The notes under the pieces: model-generated
What the model saw: the letters and a program-made list of their open reading frames with translations, nothing else
What the model was told of the DNA's origin: nothing
Databases searched by the model: none
Origin: Mobula birostris
Taxonomy: Eukaryota
NCBI RefSeq assembly: GCF_030028105.1
Contig: NC_092387.1
Coordinates: forward strand, 58,995,299-59,059,298
Direction of reading: 5' to 3'
Length of the DNA: 64,000 bases
Program-made: the position numbers and the translations under genes
Part shown: positions 51,265-63,065 of the stretch, piece after piece
Layout of the letters: each line of letters opens with the position of its first letter
Position numbering within the stretch: the stretch's first letter is position 1

Positions 51265-51639
51265 GAAAAATTATGGTTTGGATATTGTTCCTAAGTTTAA
51301 TTGCTTAAAGTATTGCTCAAATACAAGTGTTTGAATTGAAAGGTTGCTTGATTATCTTCTTATCAAATGCGATTAGGTTAATACTTAAAATTACCAGTGA
51401 TTGGAATTAAGCTGTAATCTTGAGCACCTCTTGATTTTTTTTGACTTCTTCGACCTGAGACTGGAATCCTTCTACAGAATTTGTAGTAAATATTTAATTT
51501 TACTTCATGGCTTTCAGTGCCAACAGTATCAACTGTTTCTGCAGTTTGTGACTTGGATTACCAGTTAGGCTGTAATTGGTGCTTGATATATACAATTGAT
51601 AGGTGTGGGATAATGAAACTTAAATTGGATCAGTATTTT

Positions 51640-52475
51640 AAAAATCTGGTTTATTATCACTGATATGTAATAAAATTAGTTGTTTAGTGCAGTAATACAG
51701 TGCAAGACATAACAAAATGGATGTTACAATAGAAGTGAATAGTGCTAGAGAGGGATAGCAAAGTGGGGTTCATGGACTGTTCAGAAATCTGATGGCAGAG
51801 GGGAAGAAGCTGTTCCTAAAAGCTCCTGTACATTTTCCCTTGCGGTAATAATGAGAAGAGGCCACGTCTGGGATAGTGAAGGTCCCTAATTATGGATACC
51901 GCCTACCTTCTTGAGGCACTCCGGTTTGAAGATGCCCATGTTGTTCCCATGAAGAAGCTGGCTGAGTCAACAACTTTCTGCAGCCTCTTTTGATCCTGTG
52001 TTTTGGAGCCTCATTACTAGGTGATGAAACAACCAGTAAGAATGTTCTGCTTCATGTATCTATAGAAGTTTGTACAGTAAGAGTCTTTGACATAGCAAAT
52101 TTCCTCAAGCTCCTAAATGAAGTATAGCTGTTGGCATGCCTCCTTTGTGATTGCATCAAAATGCTAGAGTAAGATCCCCTGCTGCTGATCCCTCAATGGG
52201 GCTTGGTGCATTTTCTCCCAACTTCCCCTTCTTGAAGTCCACAATTGGTTCCTTGGTCTTAGTGACATTGAGTGCAAGGCTGCTGTTGCGACACCACTCA
52301 ACCAGCCGATCTGTCTTGTTCCTGGGCACTCCCTTGTCGCCACGCAAGATTCTGTGAATTTATAGATGCCATTTGCGTATGTCTAGCCATGCAGTCACGA
52401 GTACAGAGAGAGTAGAGCAGGTAAAAAGGCACATATCCTTGAGGTGTGCCTGTGTTGATTGTCAGTGTGGAGGAC
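51640..52475 (-). mobile_element. Degraded Rex1/Babar-like LINE
   Basis: INTGTPQG and DRLVEWCRNSSLALNVTKTKEPIVDFKK. Confidence 0.72.
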
Positions 52476-53850
52476 ATTAGGAAGAGGTTTTGTTCACATC
52501 TTCAGATTTATATGGGGAAAAAAACAAACAATTTCTACTTGAATTGGTTATACGGGATAAAACCTCTAACCAAATCTGGAAGTCTGCCAGCAACACAATG
52601 AAAAGTTTAAAATGCTTTTATTTGAGTAAAACTTGTAACCTGCAGCAGTTTCAAAACTGGCAGAAATGATAATTTCATATGATAAGTCTGACTTAAATAA
52701 TTGCGTTACTATGCCTACCATCTCCAGTTTGCAGATGGAGATACTTCCTTCCAACATGGGTTTCTGTGCCTATCATGGTTAAACCAGTTCTCAGAGCAGT
52801 CCCAATCCACACAAGCTCTCCCTATTCCCCTGTATCCATGGTGCTCATAATATCCTCAAAGAACAAGACCTGCCTTTCGTGAGTACGTGTCTGCGTAATG
52901 GAACTACTTCTATCCAGACGTCTTACTCTTTCTTCCTAAACAATAACTTCAAGCAATTTCCTGATTACAGGTATTAACTTAATGGATCTATTGTTACCTG
53001 CCTTTTAACTTCATCCTTTTTCTAAACAGTGTCATACCGTTTGCCATCTTCACCAGGGCTTACTCAGTATTCAGAGAATTTTGGTGAATTAGCACAAGCG
53101 AATCTACCATAACTTTCAGCACCCTGGGAAATATCACATCAGGATCAGAGGATGTGTCTACCTTTAGGCCCACTAGTTTGCTCGTCACTACCTCCTCTGT
53201 GACAGTAATTGTATAGAGGTCTTCATCTCCCATCACATCATAACATCTCTCTTTAGCATGTTAGATATGACCTCCACCATTAAGACCAGTACCAAGTAAC
53301 CATTCAAGGCCTTGGTCACATTACTCAATACTAATTCATTCTTTTTGTCCCCAAGGGACACAAGCTATCAAGGGTCAGTTTAGTTACAGAGCTTGTCTTT
53401 CACAAAGTGTTGGGCTAACGGTGTGGACTAAGATATACAGCTTGTCATCCCATTATTTTAATAAATGTTTTATTGTTTGTTTGGTGAGAGGGTCCACAAA
53501 AATTTCTTTTTAAATGATAGGGAAGAGGAAGAGATTGAGAATTGAGTAGAAAAATAATTGAGTAGGGATCTATTGTGATCAGTTTTGTTCTCGATATTTC
53601 TTGCTTTTTTTTGTATTTGCACAATTTGTTGTCTTTTGCATCTTGGTTTTTTGTCCATCTTTGCAGTTTTTCCTCCATTCTATTGTGTTTCTTTGTATTT
53701 ACTGTGAATGCCCACAAAAAAAATCTCAGGATGGTAACTTGTGTACTTTGGTCATAAATTTACTTTGAACTTTGAAGAAAAGTGAACCCCTTGTTTTAAT
53801 TGGTAGTGTTTACCCAAAACTATTTAAACTTTGTCTTTTTGTTTTCTCAG

Positions 53851-53931
53851 GACCCTTCAGTAACTCAGCATACGAATACAACTCAGCAAGGTATTGATGA
53901 TTTTAATCCATTCACCGAGAATAGCAGGCTG
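53851..53931 (+). CDS. SCAMP2: SCAMP2 exon 2
   Basis: Long polypyrimidine tract plus cag. DPSVTQHTNTTQQGIDDFNPFTENSRL (third NPF). GTAAGT donor, 81 nt, phase 0-0. Confidence 0.93.
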
Positions 53932-55490
53932 GTAAGTTTTGACATTATTGGTAACTCATTCTTCCTTTGAGTTCTATAGAGAGAACATTAATATTGGTCT
54001 TTATTTCTACTCCTGGAGTTGTACAAGTTTTCCACCTGTAGGTTTGCTCCATTTGCTTCTATGCATAAGTATTTTTCACTGCAACACTTGAGTTCTCAAT
54101 TTTAGCTGAGGAAGAGATCGTTTTATGTTGCAGTGTTTGCTCATCAGGGCGGATGTATTTTTGAGTAATGATTAATTGTGGGTAGGAGTGACATTGAACA
54201 TAAGCCAGGATATAGTGGTAATTTGTTAGTTAAACCTACTGTGCACCACAAGATACTGGAAATCCCTCAAAAAAATGTTGGTATGTAAATTGTCAGACTT
54301 TAACTTGTTCATGTTACTAAACATAAGAAGGGACAAACTCATGCTGGATCGTACCCACATTCTCCCCATGCATATGTGGACTCTCACTGGGACTCTAGGT
54401 CCTGGAAGACCACCGCAGCAAGTAGAATTTGACAGGAGACAATAAAGGTTCTGTGTCAGAGAGGTTCAGGATGTTGATACCTAATTTATGTTATTAAAAA
54501 CTTGTTAATATCTCAAAACTGATTGAAAGAAATGATTTCTTAAAAATCATTAACCAACTCCAGAAGCAAAGAACACCCATTTGAATGAGGGGATCTGTTG
54601 ATCTTATGAAGGGTCTAATCAGAAAGAAGGATAAAATTCACCATAGTAGCCAGTGTCATTCAGCTCATTATGAAGTAATTTTGATAGCTGGTAGTTTCCC
54701 TTGGAGAAGGAAAACTCTGATTTTAAACCTTTGCTGCCTTGTGGCCATACCCACCCATGGGAGAGGCTTCGGGAGTAAACCCCGAGGAAGAAATCCAGAG
54801 CCGCGGTCCCTAAGGCAGTTTGATGTTGTTTACAACTTCACTGTGACAACCTCGACGACACTGGTGCCAAGCTGTATCGATGCTTGCCCTTCCCTTGCAC
54901 TGCATCAGTGACATGGAGAGGGGGATCCCGCTGCATGGGCAACAGCCGGTTCTTCAAATCTTTCTGCCCTGGAGAGGACACAGTCCACCAGAGGCGCAAA
55001 CCTATGATCCCTGGGATCTACGGCTGCTGGTGATGGAGTATTTAATAACTGGAAGAGATTCCTTGGACACTGAGAAAGGTGTGTGATCCCCATGCTCTCC
55101 TAGAATTGTATCAGCTAGCATAATTTATTCAATTTTCCTCCTTCCTAATTTTCTGCTCCTAATCTATTAGGAAGATGTTAACCATCCTCTGCATTCCAAT
55201 CTCCAATGCACGCTATCTTTTTTGTTGGATCCACACCATATCTCTCAAAACTAAGTTTTGCTGAGAGATAAAAATAAAATAACCCAGTAGGGCTGTGATG
55301 GAATAATTCTGACCTAAATTAACAATTTTTAGATAAGATATTCAGAAACCAATTTATTCTGTTCCATGCTTAGTATGTTCAATCCTTGATAAATTACATT
55401 TCAGAAAATAGTCGTCTTCAATACGTCAGATAATTGTTGTACATAAGACGAAATTGTTATACATAAGGCAAAATAAGACTTCATTAGTTA

Positions 55491-55955
55491 CACACACAAA
55501 AAGCTGAAGGAACTCAGCAGGTCAGGTAGCATCTAGGGAAATGAATAAACAATCAACATTTCAGGTCGAGACCCTTCTTCAGGACTGAGAAGAAAGGGGA
55601 AAGAGGTCAGGATAAAGAGGTGGGGTTAGGGGAAGGAGGGTAGCTAGAAGGTGATAAGTGAAGCCAGGTGGGTGGGAAAGATCAAGGGCTGGAGAAGAAG
55701 GAATCTGACAGGAGAGGAGAGTGGACCATGTGAGAAAAGGAAGGAAGAGAAGAGAAGACCGGGAGTTGGGGGTAGTGATAGGCAGGTGAGAAGAGGTAAA
55801 AGATCGGAGTGGAGTATAGAGGAGGAGGGATTTTTTTTTAAACTGGTAGGAGAAATCAATATACATGCCATCAGGTTGGAGGCTACCCAGATGGAATATA
55901 ATGTGTTACTTCTCCACCCTGGGGTGGGGGGTCTCATCTTGGCACAAGTTATAAC
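55491..55955 (-). mobile_element. PLE 3' fragment with 16-bp TSD and near-intact hammerhead (55550-55587)
   Basis: aagacttcattagtta at 55475-55490 and 55956-55971. IIFHLGSLQPDGMYIDFS. Hammerhead reads CAGTC-CTGAAGA-AGG(GTCTCGA)CCT-GAA-ATGT-T-GATTG. Confidence 0.82.
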
Positions 55956-57331
55956 AAGACTTCATTAGTTATAGTGGACTAGTCAAAAATTCTACACATT
56001 AAGTTACAACAATTGTACTGTAATATTACAGCTTATTGTGCAGTTTATGGGTGGTTATACAGTAAATTTTGAATTCTAAACTTTCAGTGGGGTATACAGT
56101 TGAATAAGGCAGAGGAAGATTCATTTTATTTTACTGGTTCTGATGGGTGTAACATATCATTGCAGCATCTAAATAAAAGTACATTCACATGATGGCTTGG
56201 CCTGAATTCCTGACCTTCCCACCCCAATGAGGTGTACAGCAGTTGGTAGTTCAACTTGTAGTATGCCATTGCCTACATAGATTGGCTTCAATAGTTCCAT
56301 TTAATATCAGAGAATGTATGCAGTATACATCCTGAAATTCTTGTTGTTTGCAGGCATCCACAAAAACCGAAGAATACCTCAAAGAATGAGATTCCCTACT
56401 CCCCCCACGCAGAAGCAGCAGCAGAGCAACGATCCTCCTCCACCCCCACTAACTTTAACAAAAAAAAGCATCAGCACCTTCCACCCACCAAGCAAAGCCC
56501 CCAATAAAGACCATGATCTGCAGTGTAACAAAAATTACCGGATAATTTGACATACCACAGGCTCACTCTCCCTCCCTAATAAAGGGAAAAAGGTGTCCCC
56601 TTTTCACAGCAAGAGGGGAGACATAACAAAACAATTTGCTGATTAACAATGTTAAAAGTCAGTCACGCCACCTCCCCCCCCCCCCCCCCCATGTTTTCTG
56701 ACTGGAGAATCGGCAGCACACTCTCTAATGAGAGAAAGAGTACATGATTCACTGAATACAGGGCCCTTGGCAACTGATCCGCTGTTCCCGATGTTCCTTT
56801 TACTCCCACGAGCTTCATTTGGTGGCACCTGCATAGAATCAGCCCATTCACAGGACTGTGAAACCTTGGAACTCCAAAGGCACGCTCATCTTCCAGGCTG
56901 CGTCCTTACGATTTCAAAAAGCAGCTGGTCGTGAGCCCCCGGGAGCAGGTCACACCACTGCAGAGAACCAAACCAAAGTCTGGGTGTAACTCCAGGTCAT
57001 GGTCTTCAACAGAACCCATAAAGGAATGAGAGACATCAAAGATAGAAATTGTCAGTGTCAGTTCTTGAAGTGCATTCAGTGTTTACAGAAACATAGAAAA
57101 CCTACAGCACAATACAGGCCCTTCGGCCCACAAAGTGGTGCCAAACATGTTCCTACGTGTTCTTTATGTGCAAGATGAGGTCTGATACACAAGTATTAGT
57201 TTTCTTATGTTGGACATTTTCTACAAATATCCATTAATATAGATTTGATTCCCAATGTGTAGAAGGGATCTATGATGCTTAATTTAGAATTAGTACTTTA
57301 ATGTGTTCCTAATTTGTGTTTTGTCCTCCAG

Positions 57332-57427
57332 ACCCCTGTGGCATCAGATACCAAAGTACCAGCTGGGCCGAAAACTACTCCTTCTCAACCAGCAATCTTA
57401 CAGCCTACAGTGGAACCTGCTCCTCAG
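57332..57427 (+). CDS. SCAMP2: SCAMP2 exon 3 (probable GC donor)
   Basis: cag acceptor. TPVASDTKVPAGPKTTPSQPAILQPTVEPAPQ matches the SCAMP2 QPAVLQPSVEP region. Followed by CAG|GCATGT and an in-frame TAA two codons later. 96 nt. Confidence 0.85.
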
Positions 57428-59962
57428 GCATGTTAAAATAATTATGAGAGCCCAGTATACATTTAGCATAAAAGAAAGCAAAACATTAATATAAGTTAAC
57501 TTAACTCAGTTGGTGGCATTCTTATCTGTGAATCAGAAGATTTGTTTTAATTTATTGGTTCAGTCTACACCACAGATGTACACGTAATCTGAGGTGGGCA
57601 GTGTAATGTTATATTGGAAAGTGCTACAGTGTCAACAAGGCTATCTTGCACCAAGTGGGGATCTGGAATGAATGTTCCCTTCGTAAACCATTGCACAGAG
57701 GCCCCATTAGCCTTCTGCTGTAGTATCTGTTATCTTAAACAGGATATTTTCCATGACGCATTTTTTTTTTAAAAACCCATGGCATTGTTTGAAGGGGAGA
57801 TGAATCTGATATGTAATCATTTTCTTTCCTTCCTGGGTAAGTTGTAAATCTTTGTGGGGAATTTTCTCCTGTTTGTGTTCTGGATCAAGTCCTAGTTCAG
57901 AGAATGAACACAAAAACATAGACTGCTCATAGTGAGGCATTTGCAGAGGTGTCATACATGAGACGTTGAAAGGAGACTTGCCTGCTCTCTCAAATGGATG
58001 CAAAAAGTCCTGTGCCACCATTTCATAAAAGCCCAGAGAGTCTTCCATGATATCTAAACTAATATTTATCTCTTATTTGTTATAGAAGGAAATAGTTTCA
58101 GTGTTGCACAGATTGGCAACCACTTGTATTATTTTACAATAATAACAGCACATCAGAAATAGAGCACAGACTCTTTTATGAAATGGAATGTGAAAGACAG
58201 TACGATTTCTTTCTTTCCATACTTGTAGTATTGGTTCGCTCTATATTTTTCTAGAGACAGATACAACTGCTTATAATGGAGTTAGTTTGTGTAACATGTC
58301 CACTTCAATTAACTGTAGTGTTTGTGATTTGATATGATTGTACATAAATGCAGAATTATTTTTGCAAGTTAAATAGCCTCAAATAATGTGGATGTTTACA
58401 GTCTGACATGCATTTTCAGCCTTTTATTTTGAGATGCATTTGCCTCCACTGCTCAACTTCTTAGAGCAATAGTGTTTTGGCTTTATCCCATCTTGTATCT
58501 CTCCCCAGATTTGAGAGAATAGTTAGGCATTATTTTCGGAATGGGAAAATTTTGCATGGAACTTTATGCTATACCATTCAGTAAGGTTGGTCCTGTCTTT
58601 CTCACCCAATCCCACCATGGTTTAATCAAGGAAGTCAAGTGTCCAAGGTCTTTCAAATATATTCATCTGAACATCAATAGTCCATTGAAATTGGAAAATG
58701 CCAAAATTTGACAACCCTTCTGAGTAAGCACATCTGTGCCACTGACTTCTTACAATGGAAAGTCTCATGAGTAGAAAAATGGTCTGTCCTTGAATACTCT
58801 TCAGCAGATCAATCCAACAAGCTCACTACTCCGTGGTGCGTAATATTAGTTGCCTTTTTGAATTGCATGTACAGTTCCTTGGATGATAATCCTCCTTACA
58901 ATAATAACTTGGACTTTAATTATAAAAATAAACTTGTATAAATCTTACAAGTGTGGAACTGTTTCAGATTCTACTTTCATTTGCCTTTGTATTTATAGCA
59001 GTATGGTATACTGGGGTCCGAATGTGCCAATTTAAGAGGTTGCTGAAATTTCAGTACCATTTTTCTCTGGTTTATAAAATGACCAAAAACCAAAAAAAGC
59101 TCATACCCATATGTTGTTACATTTTGTCTGTAAATGAAAGTGGAGAGTTCTTAGATCCTTACTCTATGCAACAAAGATTTCAGAAAAATAAATGTCACAT
59201 AATGCAAAGAAAGGGTTGAAATGTGTTGAAGATCAAAAAACTGCAGACACTAGAAATCTGAAATAAAACAAAAGGTGCTGGAAATACTCAGCAGATCAGG
59301 CAGCATCTGTGGAATCAGATAGAAAAACGGTTAACATTACAGGTTGTCCTGGCTGAAGATTACTTAGTTTTTGTGTTCTGGGAATTTCTACAGGCACCCG
59401 TTAACTTGCTGACCTCCCACAACTGTAGTAATAAGGATTTCCCTTATTACTATTTATTCTTGGGTACCCATTCTTGATGGCATTTTGATCAAAGTGAATC
59501 TGATGCATTATTTATTAATTCATTTTCTCAGACAACAAACCACCACCAGGACTGAGAAAACAAGGAGCTATTATTAGCTTTGCTTCATTAGTAGGGAATG
59601 TCTGGAACCTGCTATTTAGAAAGTGGTAGCATGACATTTAGAAGATAATAGGATTGGGCAGAGGGAAATCCTTGGAGTTTTGAGTTTGTAGCCAGCAGAT
59701 ATGGATGTGATTTACTTGGACTTTCAGAAAATCTGTGATCAGAAAATAGAATGATTATAGCACAGAAGGAAGCCTTTCATTCCATGTCCATCCCAAGTCA
59801 TGGTACCAGGATAAGCTTAAGTATGTGTGATTGGAAGTAATATACTGGTCTGTTGGTTATTGTTTTAACAAGTCATTTTCAGTTGGGGAGGGTAGATATC
59901 TGAATAGATGGGTGCTGCTGAGGCAAATACTGGGGCTTAGCTGTTTGCAGTTTGTAACAATG

Positions 59963-60595
59963 ATTAGATTAGATTATGAGGAGACACAGTCCTCTTTTAT
60001 TGTCATTTAATAATGCATGTATTAAGAAATGATACAATGTTTTTCCAGTATGATATCACAGAAACACATGACAAACCGCCTTAAAAACTAACAAAAACCA
60101 CATAATTATAACATATAGTTACAACAGTGCAAAACAATACCGTAATTTGATAAGAACAGACCATGGCACGGTAAAAATCTCAAAAGTCTCTCGAAAGTCC
60201 CATCATCTCACGCAGACAATAAACCTCCAGCGCCGCCAACTTGCCGATGCAGCATACTGGAAGCATCCAACTACAGTCCAAATCCGAGTCTGTCCGAAAA
60301 CTCCGAGCCTCCAACCAGCTCTCCGACACCGAGCACTGAGCACCATCTCTGCCGAGCGCTTCAACCCCGGCCCCGGCAATAGGCAAAGCCAAGGATTTAG
60401 GGCCTTCCCCTCTGGAGATTCTTGATCGTACAGTAGCAGCAGCAGCGAAGCAGGCATTTCAGAAGTTACTCCAGGTGTTCCTCCATGCTTCTCACGGCTG
60501 TCTCCATCAAATCTGGATTGTGCACGGCCCCCTAGTTAACACGTAATCGATATCATTCGGAACGGCTGCGCGTACTGCGTCGCGCCGCCATCATG
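59963..60595 (-). mobile_element. Non-coding retroposon (~630 bp) inserted in a decayed CR1 (59640-61190)
   Basis: 5' end ATGATGGCGGCG in a CpG-rich head, AATAAA near the 3' end and a (TAATC)n tail. A 3' homolog lies at 43965-44210 on the plus strand. Confidence 0.65.
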
Positions 60596-62953
60596 TTTAG
60601 GTTCTAAGAAGGAGTAGGTAGACTTCAGAGTGATATCAATAGGCTAAGTGAAAGGGCAGGGACTTGTCAGATGGGATATTATGTGGAAAAATTAGGTCAA
60701 CCTAATTTTGATAGAAAATAGATTTAAAATGTAGGTGTTCAGGGAGACCTGAATATTCTCTATACATCTCTGTAAGGTAATGTGCAAGTAGATCTTGTGT
60801 ACCTGAATAAGGGCATACTTGTGATAGCAGAAATTCACCAGATTAATTCCTCATTTGTGGTTCTTGTCCTAACAGATTATGCAATTTAAGTCTGCGCACT
60901 CTTTATCTTAAGAAAATAAGAGGTAACTTGTATGGGGATGCAGAATTAATGTTTTGCTGAGGTGTCTTTAACCTGACGTCATTCACAACAGTGGGGGTCT
61001 GCCATTCAGCACTGAGATAAAATTTTTCACCCAGATGGTAGTAAATATTTAGAATATTTGACCAAAGAGAACTGAACGCTCACTGAACATATTTACTAAG
61101 TCACTGATTATATTCAAGATGGAGAAAAGTGGATTTTTAGACAGTAAGAGAATTGTGGGGTTCATGTGGGAAAGTGCAAAGGTGAAAGAATGAGTTGAAT
61201 ACTGGGACAAACACACTCCCCACTGCTTCTCTCTTTTAGATTATGAGCTGTTAATCTAAGTAAAAAAAAAAATTAATATCAGTTACAGAATAGACCCTTG
61301 AAGCAATAAATTTGATATTACTATATCTGAAATATTTCTCTTCGATTGTAATATTTAAGATCAGAATTATTCTACATAGTATTTTGTAAAGAATTACAAC
61401 TGTTTTTAGTTTGGTACCAGTGCTGTGACTTTCTTATAATAAAAGTTGTTCTCAAAAGTTCCATCCTGCTTCACATGTATTTAATGATACGGCCAAGTGC
61501 TGCTCTTTTTTTTTTACATCTCCAAAGCTCACACACCTAAGACTTGTGCAGTACTGTAAATGTTTCATTTTGCATTTGGGGTGTTCGTGTGCTTAGAATG
61601 ATTATATCAATTATCTGTACCCTCCAAATAGTGGTGAGAACTTTTGAGATGGGCCCTTACATCAGTTGAAAATCATGGAGATAGACTGTTTAGCTTGTGT
61701 TGCAGATACTACTGTTACATCAGGCCAGGAAGTTTCTGACTACCTTATCCAGTCCATTGTCTGCTCCAATTAACAATGACAAGTGCTCAGAGACCTACAG
61801 GTTATTAGGGGGATTTCCTTTCGAGCATAAGGACAAGGTGAGAAGAAAAATAGAGTAAGGTAGGCATTCTAGCAGGATATTGGATAAAGCAGATGTGTTA
61901 AGTGTAAGAATACAACCTGAGTTACAGATACCCACGCTTTTTTTATTTTGTCAATTATACTATATATTATTTTGGTTTCGGGAAATTTTTCTGTCTTGGT
62001 ATTATGATGTTCCTTAAACACTGACATCTCAAACTGAGATAAGCCAATTTGTTCCCTGTTCATTGGTCTGGGCTCTACTTGCCCAACTGAATAAGTGACT
62101 ATTGAAGATGATGGTGGAGACCTACTAAGATGCTGTTTGGAATTGCATTCATCGTGTTGCTTCTCTTCCCCCACCTCCCCTCCAACCAATCCCTTGTGCA
62201 TGCTGTCTCATTTTTGGGATGTCAATTTTTGACAATGTGATTTGATTTTTTTTTGTACAAATGGGGACAGTTTATCATCTGGAGTTTATAACTATCAATA
62301 ACACGCACCTAAAAATGTGAACTGTTTGTTCTGGAAAAGTCCTCACCTATTGGCTGTGTTGCTGGTTGTAACTGATGCCACATCAGCAGCAAAAAGCCCC
62401 TCATTCACCATATGCTTTTATCTAATACAGGTCTTGCATTCTGACATACTAAGTAAAAGTCCACTTGCATAATACAATCCCTCATACACCAGTATGATTT
62501 GGCTTGCTATTGGCATTATTCTATGTTAGTCAACAATTAGATTAAATTATTAAAACATTTAATTTGTGTAGGGCATTTGCTAGAGAGGAGATGCACTTTT
62601 AAAAGTTGATAATAAATTTACTTTGAATGGATTTTAGATTTGAATTTTGAGTTCCAAATTTTTAAAAGGTAATGTTTACCCATACCATACAATCTTTCCT
62701 CACCACCCACAAGATTGGCTTGTTCACTCATTGTTCATTAATAGAGATTCAAAATTGTTTGAAAGAAAATGAGTAGAATGAGTTTTGCATTGAAATTATA
62801 AATGTGAGATGGACAAGGTTTCCTCAAAACAATTCGTGATCTCTGCCATTTGTAAATGGCCTAGGGATTTTGAAAGACGAGAAATGGAAATATTGCTTTC
62901 CTGCACGACGTTGGTCATTGCTGTTTCTGACATTTTGTATTTGAATAATGCAG

Positions 62954-63065
62954 GCCAGTGCCTCGGCTGCGCAGTTGGTACTGCTTCGACAGCAGGAAGA
63001 GTTAGAAAGAAAAGCTGCTGAACTAGACCGCAAGGAGCAAGAACTGAAGAATGAAAATTATAATG
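62954..63065 (+). CDS. SCAMP2: SCAMP2 exon 4 (coiled coil); gene continues beyond the window
   Basis: cag acceptor. ASASAAQLVLLRQQEELERKAAELDRKEQELKNENYN matches the SCAMP coiled-coil motif. G|GTAAGG donor. Confidence 0.94.
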
